Source of the DNA: Deltaproteobacteria bacterium
GTDB taxonomy: Bacteria > Myxococcota_A > UBA9042 > PHBI01
Direction: 5' to 3'
Assembly (NCBI GenBank): GCA_006226565.1
Contig: SBGO01000356.1
Coordinates: 748 to 64,747 of the forward strand
Length of the DNA: 64,000 nucleotides
A program made the position numbers and the translations under genes. Each line of letters starts with the position of its first letter. Position 1 is the stretch's first letter. This document shows positions 55,701 to 64,000 of this stretch, piece after piece. The notes beneath the pieces were generated by a model, which had not been told where the DNA came from, searched no databases, and saw nothing but the letters and a program-made list of their open reading frames with translations.

Positions 55701-58700
55701 GTTCTCGGGCGTCGACGTGTCGGGCGCCGTCGGGCTCGGCGACGGCATCCACCTCAACGGCGGCACCCACACCCTCGTCGACGTCACCGCGAACCGCCGC
55801 GCCAACGGCGTCTACGCGACCGCGGTCACCGACCTCGCGATCACCCACCTCTCGGCCGATCTCTGTGGCATCGGCCTCGCCATCTCCAGCGTCACGCTCC
55901 CGCTGACCCTCTCGGACGTCTCCGCCACGCGCTGCACGACCGGCGTCTCCTTGAGGACGTTCGCCGGGCCCTTCAACGTCGGACCGACCGCCATCACCAG
56001 CCTCGCCGGCAGCGACACCGGCCTCTACCTCTACGGGACCAGCGACCTCCGCGTCCACGACCTCGACCTCGCGGGCCAGAACCGCAGCTTCGCCGTCAAC
56101 GCCGCCACCACGGTCGCCACGACCCTCGAGCACCTCGACGTCTCCGGCACCGGCCAGGGCGTCGGCATCAACCTGACCGGCGCCGACCACGTCGTCCGCG
56201 ACGTCGACGCCCATCAGCGCGCGACCGGCGTGGCCGCCAACGCCGTCACCAACGTCACGCTCGACACGATCCGCGCCCGCGGCGCCCGCTCGTACGGGAT
56301 CTCACTCACCAGCGCGACCCTCCCGGCGACGCTCGCCGCGCTCACCCTCGAGGACGACGCCACCGGCCTCTACCTCACGGGCGGCGCGGGCGGACCCCTG
56401 ACGCTCGGTCCCACCCACGTCGCGAGCCTGGCCGGCACCGGCACTGCCATCTACGACTCGTCCAGCGCGTTCATCGTCGACGACGCCGGGCTCGGCCTCG
56501 TCGCCGCCGGCGCCAGCCACTACACGACGCCGGTGCGCACCTCCGGGTCGCCGGGCCCCGACCCGGACTGCGGCGCGCCGCTCGACGGGGTGACGCCCCC
56601 CCTCGGCGCCGCCCTCACGCTGAACGCCGCCACGAAGACGTACACGCTCGTGGCGGACCTCGACTGCAGCCTCACCATCGATCCCGCCCTGGACGTGGTG
56701 GCCGACGACGTGGTCGTCGACGGCGCCGGCTTCGCGGTCTTCGCCCCCTTCGCCACCGCCGCCGTGCGCGTCTTCGGGCGCGCCAACGTCACCGTTCGGG
56801 ACCTCGACGTCTCCGCGAGCTACGGCGCGGGGGTCGGGGTGCTGGTCGACGGTGGTACGAATGTCAACCTGGTTGACGTCATCGCCAACGACCGCTACCG
56901 CGGCGTGGATGCCAAGAACCTGAGCGAGCTGACGGTGACCGGGCTCGTGGCCGACCGCTCGAGCTTTGCCGGCCTCGACCTCACCAACGTGAGCCTGCCC
57001 CTGACCCTGGGCGGCCTCTCGCTGACCCGTGGCGCCGGGAGCGGGCTCCGGTTCACCGGCTTCGACGGCGATCCGCTCGTCACGGGCGCGCGCTTCGTCG
57101 TGGACGCCGCCGCCGTCACCGACCTCACCGGCAACGACGTCGCGATCGGGCTCGCCGGCACGGTCACCGCGCTCACCCTCACCGGCGCGGCCGGCGCGCC
57201 GCTCGTCCTCGACGGCGCCGAGCATGGCGTCCTCGGCGCCAGCGCGACCCTCGACCACGTCGACCTGCGCTATCTCGACGTCTCCGGTCCGCGCATCGGA
57301 AAGGGCGTCGAGATCGGCGGCGCGGCGGTCACCGTCGCCGACCTCACCGCGCGGGACCGGTCGACCGGGATCGAGACCGGCCCCTCGGCGAGCGACCTCA
57401 CGCTCTCGGACCTGACCGTCAGCGGCGCCTGGAGCCGCGCGGTCTACCTCAACCACGTCACGCCCCCGGTCGCGCTGACCGGCCTCACCCTCACCGACTC
57501 CAACGTCGCCCTCGACGTCAACGACCTCGTCGGCGTCCCGGGCACGCCCACGGTCATCGACACCGCCAGCCTCGCCGACGTCGGCGGCAGCCTCGTCGGC
57601 GTCAAGCTCACCGCCGCCTCGGACGTCACCGTCGCGGGCTACCCGCCGGCCGACCGGCTGCTCCTCACCAACGTGGACGGCGGCGTGGTCGCCACCAGCG
57701 CCCTCAACCACGACCTCGTCTTCACCGGGCTCGACGTGTCGGGCCGCTCGGGTGACGCCAAAGGGCTCTGGGCCTACGGCGACGACATCACGGTGGACGA
57801 CGTCATCGCCGATCGCCGGGCCACCGGGATCCACGTCCAGACGGGCGCCAACCCGACCGTCACCGGTCTGCAGGTGTCCGACGCGAGCGCCGAGGCCCTC
57901 AGCCTCGGGACCCTGACCGGGACCTTCACCCTCTCCGGTCTCGCGCTGACGAACAGCACCATCGGCCTCAAGATCGACGCGTTGAGCCCGACGACGCGGC
58001 TCGTCATCGACGGCACCACGGTGACGAGCTTCGCCGGCAACGCCACGTGCATCTCCGTCTCCGCCTCGTCGAACCTCGGCTTCGCCGACCTCACGCTGCC
58101 CTGCGACGACTACGGGGTCAGCGCGTACAGCGCCACGAACAGCGACCTCCGCTTCGAGCGCCTCGACGCCTCCGGCAGTCGCCACGAGGGCTACGGCATC
58201 CGGACCTGGGGCGCGGACACGGTGCTCGTCGACGTGATCGCCAACGACCGCGCCTACGGCGTCGACATCACCTCGGCGCCGGGCCTCGTCATCGACGGCC
58301 TCGTCATCGACGGCGCCACCAACGGGACGACGAGCGGCGTCGGGCTCAGCATCACGACCGTCCCGGCACCGCTGACCCTGACCGGGCTCTCGCTCACGAA
58401 CAACGGCACCGATCTCAAGCTCAACGGCGTGTCCGGGACCGACGTCGCGCCCCTCGTCCTGGGCCCGACCCAGATCACCGCCATCGGCGGCGACAGCGGC
58501 ACGAACGTCGCGCTCACGAACGTGCAGTACGTCACCGTGAGCGGCCTCACCCTCGACGGCTGGACCTACGCGGTGGACGGTCGCAGCGCGTCCAACGCCC
58601 ACGTCGTCATCGCCGGCTGCGACCTCTCGGGGATGGTCGTGCAGGGCCTCGGCGCCCACCTCTACGGGCAGGACATCGCCGTCACGGGCTGCGTCTCCAA

Positions 58701-61700
58701 CGATCGCGCCTACGGCGTCGACTTCCAGAGCGTCGACGGCTTCACCCTCACCGACTTCAGCGCGGCCCGGAACACCACGGGCGTTTACGTCTACCTCTAT
58801 CCAGCGACGCAGGCCGCGCCGACCTTTGCCGGCCTGCACCTGCACGACAACGCCACCGCGCTCCAGCTCGCCGGCTTCACCCACCCCTACGTCTTCGATG
58901 GCGATCCGGGCCTCGCCTCGCCCCTCGGCCTCGACCTCGCGGGCAACCAGAACGACATCGTCGTCTCCAGCGGCTCGTCGGGGCTCACCTTCAAGAACCT
59001 GGCCCTCCACGGGTGGGGGGCCGGCTTCAAGTCGGACAACGCCCTCAACTCGGACCTGACGCTCGACACCGTGGACCTCTCCGGCTCGCGCCTCGGCGAC
59101 GGGGCGTATTTGAAGGGCTCGAACCTCACCGTCTCCAACGTCACGGTCGACGGCCGCCGCTACGCCCTCGACGTGTACAGCGTGAGCGGGTTCGACCTCA
59201 GCGACGTCAGCCTGACGAACAGCTACGTGGGCCTGTTCCTCCACGGCTTCGGGGCGCCGCTGGTCGCGCCGACCCTGAGCGGCCTGACGCTGTCCGGGCT
59301 GAGCTACGCCATCGCGATGCGGGACACCCCCGGCCCGCTCGTCCTGGACGGCCAGGCCCAGGGCATCACCATCGCCGACAGCAATATCGGCCTGTGGTGC
59401 TACCCCCCCGTGTCGAACGTCACCTTCCAGCACTTCGACCTGAGGGGCGCGCGCAACGAGGCCATCACGTTCTACAACGGCGCCGTGTCGGGGTGTGTCA
59501 TCGACGACGTCGACGCCTCCGGGCCGATGCGCGGCAAGGGCGTCTCCCTGTCCGGTCCGGGCCACACCGTCACGAACGTCACCGCGAACGACCGCGACTA
59601 CGGTGTCTGGGGCTCCGCCGGGCTCACCGGGCTGACCCTGTCCGCGGTCGAGGCGCGCCGCGCCAACACAGCCGGCGTCTACCTCTCCGGCGCGACCGCC
59701 CCGACCCTGAGCGGGCTCGACGTCGCCGGCAGCACCATCGGGCTCCAGCTCGCCAGCGTCACCGGCCCCGAGACCGTCGACGCGTCGGTGCTCTCCGCGA
59801 CCGGCGCCCGGACGGCGCTCCTGGTGGCCGGCTCCCAGGACCTCACGTTCTCGGACCTCGTGCTGCCGAACAACGTCGCCGTGAGCGCTGGGGACCGCTA
59901 CAACCGCGACCTCACCTTCGAGCGCCTCGACGTGACCGGCTCGTGCCTCGGCTACGGGCTCGCGATCGGCGGCGAGGGGGCCCTGGTCGATCACGTCGTC
60001 GCCGGCCGCCGGGACAAGGCGATCTGGGCCTACGTGGGCGACGACCTCGTCATCCGAAACAGCGTCATGGGCGCCAGCGCCACCGGCCTCGACGCGAGCA
60101 GCGCCTCGCTCCGCCTCGACAGCGAGGTCGCCGACGTGGCGACGAACACGACGGCCTACCTCCGACTCCTGCAATCGACCACCAGCGTGAACCTCGATCT
60201 TGGCGAGACGGTCCGGGTCAGCCTGCCGGGGGGCGACGAGGACGTCACGGTCATCGCGAAGTCCAGCTACTACATCACCGTGAGCCCCGCGCTCACCCAG
60301 GTCCCCCCTGCCGGGACGCCGGTCCGCGCGCTCGACGCCGGCGGCGACCGGGTCCTCGTCGAGAGCTCCGACATCTGCGCCAACACGACCGGGCTCCTGG
60401 CCGCCGCGCAGCAGACGCACGCCGTCGGCAACTACTGGCGCTCGTCGACCGGCCCCACCCACGCGAGCAACCCGGGCGGCACCGGCGACCTCGTCAACGC
60501 GACCAACACCGCCTTCGTCCCCTTCGTCCTGGTCCCGAGCGACAAGGACAACGACTACTGCAACCAGGCCCCGGTGGCCGACGCCGGGGCGCCGCAGACG
60601 GTGTGCGAGGGGGACGTCGTGACGCTCGACGCGAGCGCCTCCTCCGACCCCGACGTCGAGCCGCTGACCTACGCCTGGACGCAGCTCGCGGGCACCGCCG
60701 CGACGCTGACGAACGCGGACACGGCGACGCCGACCTTCGTCGCGCCGACGCCGGCGTCCCCGCCCGAGACGCTCACCTTCGAGGTGACCGTGGCCGATGA
60801 CGTGCTCGAGCGCGCCGCCACCGTCGAGGTGGCCGTCGAACTCGGGAACCCGCTGCCCACCGCGGTCGCGGGGACGGACCAGACGGTGGACGAGGGCGCC
60901 CCGGTCACGCTCTCGGCGGCGGGCAGCTTCGACCCCGACGGGACGGCGCTGACCTACGTCTGGGTACAGACCGCCGGGCCGTCGGCGACCCTGACCGGCG
61001 CCGACACGGCGAGCCCGTCGTTCACCGCGCCGGCGGTCGGCCCCGGCGGCGGCCCGCTCAGCGCGACCCTGACCTTCGTGCTGACCGTCACCGACCAGCT
61101 GCCGGCGGGCTACTGCGGGGGCCCCAAGAGCGCCGCCGACAGCGTCGATGTGGTTGTCAACAACATTGACAATGCGCCGAGCGCGGCCGCCGGCGCCGAT
61201 CAGACCGTCGACGAGGGGACGCTCGTGACGCTCGACGCGAGCGGCAGCAGCGACCCGGACGGCGACACGCTGAGCTACGCGTGGGTCCAGACCGGAGGCA
61301 CGTCGGTCACGCTGAGCGGCGCGAGCACGGCCGCGCCGACGTTCACCGCCCCCGAGCAGCCCGATCTCGGGAGCGAGGTGCTGACCTTCTCGGTCACCGT
61401 GAGCGACGGCTTCGGCGGGGTGGCCAGCGACAGCGTCAGCGTCACGGTCGAGGACGTCTGCCCGGACACCGACGGGGACGGGGTCGTCGACTGCCTCGAG
61501 ACCTGCGACACCGATCCGCTCAAGCTCGAGCCCGGCCTGTGCGGCTGCGGCGTGCCCGACGACGACAGCGACGGGGACGGCACGCCGGACTGTGTCGACG
61601 GCTGCCCGGCGGACCCGAACAAGACCGACCCCGGGGTGTGCGGCTGTGGCGCGCTCGATACGGACAGCAACAACAACGGGACGCCGGATTGCGCCGAGGA

Positions 61701-62028
61701 CTGCGGCGGTCAGCCGGACGGCACCGTGGTCGCGGCCGGCGTCCCCTGCGGCAGCGGCGCGTGCGGGGACATCACGGCGGACATCACCTGCGAGGGCGGG
61801 GTGGCGGTGAGCGGGTGCGACGCGGCGATCGCGCAGATCCCCGACGACACCTGCCCGCCGGATGCGCCGGTGGTAGCGTACGCGATCGTGTACGACGCGG
61901 CGGGGGCGGCGGTGGGGACGATCCGCTGCAGCCACGAGCCGTCGACGGGCGCCATCGCCTGTGACGAGAGCGCGCCGGGGACGCTGACGGTGTACCCCGG
62001 CCTCTTCTGCCCAGGGGTGTCCCCGTGA
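52720..62028 (+). CDS. Giant secreted protein (3103 aa): signal peptide, >10 tandem right-handed beta-helix (NosD/pectate-lyase-like) modules, three C-terminal cadherin/PKD-like repeats and thrombospondin-type-3-like Ca-binding D-x-D-x-DG repeats
   Basis: Start MKPAHVTVVTSLLLVAAVNGPAHA; periodic DVSG...G.GL.L.G..H.L..V.A repeats; uninterrupted ORF. Confidence 0.85.
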   Translation: MKPAHVTVVTSLLLVAAVNGPAHAANDALCGATLTESLTLTADIDCTGYTGTALTIGADGVVIDGNGHRLLAPDAAYAIFSSAFDDLTVRNLDVAGWCGGVGVYFVNGTGLTLENVHADGRTTGFSISGATDVTLRHLTADSAKTYGLALTSVTLPLQIEDVRLTNAGTGLYLATITGPLTLDAIAFPDLRGDDTSINLAANVHDVTFDGLVLDGAAYGVTASSVTNSGLVFRDVDVSGTSGAGYGLYLGGSQQRLERVTADRRAYGVYTTGVSDLALDDVRAAGATNDGIYLANTVAPLTLRKISVPNCDYGLYISGYEAPIGSPLVIDSYVPATELGVLADTSGCDAPLLLINVQHASVGDPPTAPPLRLDGATYGIHAYSTTNADLTFRHLDLSGRDGTGTGLYLAGSQLTVEDVATDRRSIGYDIRLAADVTLRDVRADNCATTGLSLTTITPPLVLEQLALANNSRGLLINGLASPVGAPLDLGPWVDGVGGAIAAIGGADVSVALSNVQNVLVHDLVLDGRSNGLDAYVASNTGIRVVDVDVSGYHAGRGVILAGSGHELTRVTADNRANGIYLVTASDVAITDLTARRCAEALKFLAYTTAQTPPTLSGLTLTDNSTALTYDTVNAPWTLDGAAAGLNVSGSRTGLAITKSSQLTFQNASFPAEGVTGISVGATNSALTFDTVDVSGHGAGSGMLIASGADFTLTDVTANHRSIGVRATGTSNLVVTNLVARHNASYGLLLEQSSAASGHIAPTLSGLDLRDNDVALYLGGWSLPITLDGATSLGLDTTGSATGVALAGASDVTLAHLTLDNVAFGVDVRTRSDRLTIAHVDVSAHGRGTGLRLGVSTSGTSRAGVDLVLTDVTANRRLTGVATIGADNLLIDGLTATGNKTAGLSITDSTADAGLVLRDLTLSDNGTGLSLTTVSGTAVNPVVIDPFDGTSGAITDLSGCDTGIYVVGSSGLTFTGLAIDGVDYGINAAGGATDLTFSGVDVSGAVGLGDGIHLNGGTHTLVDVTANRRANGVYATAVTDLAITHLSADLCGIGLAISSVTLPLTLSDVSATRCTTGVSLRTFAGPFNVGPTAITSLAGSDTGLYLYGTSDLRVHDLDLAGQNRSFAVNAATTVATTLEHLDVSGTGQGVGINLTGADHVVRDVDAHQRATGVAANAVTNVTLDTIRARGARSYGISLTSATLPATLAALTLEDDATGLYLTGGAGGPLTLGPTHVASLAGTGTAIYDSSSAFIVDDAGLGLVAAGASHYTTPVRTSGSPGPDPDCGAPLDGVTPPLGAALTLNAATKTYTLVADLDCSLTIDPALDVVADDVVVDGAGFAVFAPFATAAVRVFGRANVTVRDLDVSASYGAGVGVLVDGGTNVNLVDVIANDRYRGVDAKNLSELTVTGLVADRSSFAGLDLTNVSLPLTLGGLSLTRGAGSGLRFTGFDGDPLVTGARFVVDAAAVTDLTGNDVAIGLAGTVTALTLTGAAGAPLVLDGAEHGVLGASATLDHVDLRYLDVSGPRIGKGVEIGGAAVTVADLTARDRSTGIETGPSASDLTLSDLTVSGAWSRAVYLNHVTPPVALTGLTLTDSNVALDVNDLVGVPGTPTVIDTASLADVGGSLVGVKLTAASDVTVAGYPPADRLLLTNVDGGVVATSALNHDLVFTGLDVSGRSGDAKGLWAYGDDITVDDVIADRRATGIHVQTGANPTVTGLQVSDASAEALSLGTLTGTFTLSGLALTNSTIGLKIDALSPTTRLVIDGTTVTSFAGNATCISVSASSNLGFADLTLPCDDYGVSAYSATNSDLRFERLDASGSRHEGYGIRTWGADTVLVDVIANDRAYGVDITSAPGLVIDGLVIDGATNGTTSGVGLSITTVPAPLTLTGLSLTNNGTDLKLNGVSGTDVAPLVLGPTQITAIGGDSGTNVALTNVQYVTVSGLTLDGWTYAVDGRSASNAHVVIAGCDLSGMVVQGLGAHLYGQDIAVTGCVSNDRAYGVDFQSVDGFTLTDFSAARNTTGVYVYLYPATQAAPTFAGLHLHDNATALQLAGFTHPYVFDGDPGLASPLGLDLAGNQNDIVVSSGSSGLTFKNLALHGWGAGFKSDNALNSDLTLDTVDLSGSRLGDGAYLKGSNLTVSNVTVDGRRYALDVYSVSGFDLSDVSLTNSYVGLFLHGFGAPLVAPTLSGLTLSGLSYAIAMRDTPGPLVLDGQAQGITIADSNIGLWCYPPVSNVTFQHFDLRGARNEAITFYNGAVSGCVIDDVDASGPMRGKGVSLSGPGHTVTNVTANDRDYGVWGSAGLTGLTLSAVEARRANTAGVYLSGATAPTLSGLDVAGSTIGLQLASVTGPETVDASVLSATGARTALLVAGSQDLTFSDLVLPNNVAVSAGDRYNRDLTFERLDVTGSCLGYGLAIGGEGALVDHVVAGRRDKAIWAYVGDDLVIRNSVMGASATGLDASSASLRLDSEVADVATNTTAYLRLLQSTTSVNLDLGETVRVSLPGGDEDVTVIAKSSYYITVSPALTQVPPAGTPVRALDAGGDRVLVESSDICANTTGLLAAAQQTHAVGNYWRSSTGPTHASNPGGTGDLVNATNTAFVPFVLVPSDKDNDYCNQAPVADAGAPQTVCEGDVVTLDASASSDPDVEPLTYAWTQLAGTAATLTNADTATPTFVAPTPASPPETLTFEVTVADDVLERAATVEVAVELGNPLPTAVAGTDQTVDEGAPVTLSAAGSFDPDGTALTYVWVQTAGPSATLTGADTASPSFTAPAVGPGGGPLSATLTFVLTVTDQLPAGYCGGPKSAADSVDVVVNNIDNAPSAAAGADQTVDEGTLVTLDASGSSDPDGDTLSYAWVQTGGTSVTLSGASTAAPTFTAPEQPDLGSEVLTFSVTVSDGFGGVASDSVSVTVEDVCPDTDGDGVVDCLETCDTDPLKLEPGLCGCGVPDDDSDGDGTPDCVDGCPADPNKTDPGVCGCGALDTDSNNNGTPDCAEDCGGQPDGTVVAAGVPCGSGACGDITADITCEGGVAVSGCDAAIAQIPDDTCPPDAPVVAYAIVYDAAGAAVGTIRCSHEPSTGAIACDESAPGTLTVYPGLFCPGVSP

Positions 62029-63293
62029 GCCGCTTCGTCGCGGTCGTGCTCGCGAGCCTGGCGCTGACGGGACTCGCGGCGTGCCAGCGCGACGCGTCGC
62101 GTCCGGTCGCGGCGTCGGCGCACCTCGCGGTGGCGGTGCAGCCGCTGTCGCTGGCGGGGATCGGGGACGCGGACTACACGCTTCAGGTCTACAACGGGGA
62201 CCCTGCGGGCGGGGGCGAGCTGGTGGCAGAGGCCGCGCACATCACGTCGGAGCGCTACGGAGACGGAGCGGGGTCGCTGAGCTACGTGATGCCGTGCGAC
62301 CCGTCGTCGGGCACGAGCTACGTGCGCCTGGTGCTCAACGGGCTGACCGACAGTGATGGCGCGCCGGTCGATCCCGGGACGTACCGGAACCCGACGCCGC
62401 TCCTGAAGCCGGTGACGTGCGTGGAGGGCGTGGACACGCCTGTCGAGCTCAACCTGACGGTGGCGCGCGACGCGACGCAGGGCTTCTTCGACGTCGCGGT
62501 GAGCATCACGGACAGCTTCTGCGCGGCGAAGTACGACTGCCTGGGGGGCGACGGCGACCCGCTGACGCTGCTCCACGACCCGCTGACGGGCGAGCGCAGC
62601 ACGACCATGGTCTTGGCGTTCGCTTGCGCGTCGGGCAGCGGGGACGCGACCTGGCTCCACATGACGGACGTGTACGTGGTGTGTGCCGATGGCGGTCAGA
62701 CCACGCCGTACTGGCTGTCGCCGGCGGGCACGCAGGGCAACCACGGGCCCGTGCCGCCGCTCTTCTTCCAGACGGCGCTCTACAACGGCGACGAGCAGCT
62801 GCCCGGCGGGGACAAGTGCTACTGGAACCTCGCGCTCGGCCTCGAGGCCGCTGCGCCCGCGAACTGCACCCTGGTGGTCGACGCGACGGTCAGTAGTGAT
62901 TCGTGGCTCGAGCGGGCAGGGCAGTCGCCTGCGGATACGGTCTACCCCTACATCCACTACGAGGTGCCCTTCACGAACGCCGAAGGGCTGCTCGCGTGCG
63001 ACCGCCACGCCCTGGACGCGCCCGACCTGCGCGTCTCGACGGCGTACACCGACTTCGTCGGCGGGACCTTCGCCTACGAGCGTGCGTGCGGGACCGAGCC
63101 GGGGGCCATCTCGGAGGCGCCACGGCTCGGCTGCGGCGGGGACCTCGTCGGCCTCGGGCCGACCGACTGCGTCTTCTCGCAGAGCCCGAGCGGCGTCTCG
63201 GTCGACTTCGGCGGCACCCGCAGCACCACCTACGGCCTCCCGCCCGGGCTGCGCCTCGGCGGCTGCTGCCTCAACCCCTGCTGCCAGCAGTGA
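62025..63293 (+). CDS. Hypothetical lipoprotein (lipobox LTGLAAC), translationally coupled (GTGA) to giant gene
   Basis: Signal peptide; overlap with upstream stop. Confidence 0.7.
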   Translation: MSRFVAVVLASLALTGLAACQRDASRPVAASAHLAVAVQPLSLAGIGDADYTLQVYNGDPAGGGELVAEAAHITSERYGDGAGSLSYVMPCDPSSGTSYVRLVLNGLTDSDGAPVDPGTYRNPTPLLKPVTCVEGVDTPVELNLTVARDATQGFFDVAVSITDSFCAAKYDCLGGDGDPLTLLHDPLTGERSTTMVLAFACASGSGDATWLHMTDVYVVCADGGQTTPYWLSPAGTQGNHGPVPPLFFQTALYNGDEQLPGGDKCYWNLALGLEAAAPANCTLVVDATVSSDSWLERAGQSPADTVYPYIHYEVPFTNAEGLLACDRHALDAPDLRVSTAYTDFVGGTFAYERACGTEPGAISEAPRLGCGGDLVGLGPTDCVFSQSPSGVSVDFGGTRSTTYGLPPGLRLGGCCLNPCCQQ

Positions 63294-63344
63294 GGGTTCG
63301 GCCCCGGGGGGCCGGGCGCCGGATTCTCCTGCCGGGGGCTTCGT

Positions 63345-64000
<656 letters not shown>

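Noticed and set aside
56302-61935. 1877-aa minus-strand ORF (and similar 54157..56214, 47018..49951, 49959..51359 ORFs) antisense to the giant protein, phosphoesterase and TPM genes
   Set aside because: Translations are Arg/Gly/Ala/Pro/Val-rich low-complexity strings typical of alternative frames in high-GC DNA. The sense-strand genes have recognisable domains and proper GC3 bias.

Overview
High-GC (probably Myxococcota-like; inference from composition, Cys-rich lipoproteins and giant secreted beta-helix proteins) chromosomal segment. The left flank (1-5089) carries housekeeping-type genes: a MDR-family oxidoreductase, a PurD-like ATP-grasp ligase, a Cys-repeat lipoprotein and small secreted proteins. 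A tRNA-Arg(CCG) lies at 5090-5166, and its 3' 47 nt are repeated exactly at 40372-40418. The ~35 kb between them (5167-40418) therefore looks like a tRNA-integrated genomic island. The island carries a tyrosine integrase, AlpA/Xis-like HTH genes at both ends, a CHC2/toprim primase plus a DUF927-like P-loop ATPase, an iteron-rich putative ori and a frameshifted IS66 transposase remnant. Most of its cargo is phage-defence genes. The largest block is a complete BREX type-3-like locus (brxF, brxC/pglY, an extra HATPase_c_4 gene, a pglXI-like methyltransferase, an SNF2 brxHII-like helicase, pglZ, a brxA-sized gene), followed by an EVE-domain gene and a PD-(D/E)xK nuclease gene. There is also a separate four-gene module with two paralogous BrxD-like P-loop ATPases plus a DExH (Lhr-like) helicase, a two-gene SF2-helicase-fusion module, and a further PD-(D/E)xK protein. 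The right flank (40419-64000) has a B12-radical-SAM/dTMP-kinase-like operon, a four-gene overlapping operon of unknowns headed by a sigma-70-like protein, a lipoprotein metallophosphoesterase with seven C-terminal tandem repeats, a LemA/TPM/TPM operon, a 3103-aa secreted beta-helix-repeat protein with a co-transcribed lipoprotein, and the 3' end of a uvrA-like gene. No CRISPR array or rRNA was seen. Many long ORFs in the six-frame track are GC-frame artefacts overlapping real genes. Coordinates for starts were derived from ORF-track bounds plus codon counting; boundaries read directly off the sequence text may be off by a base.
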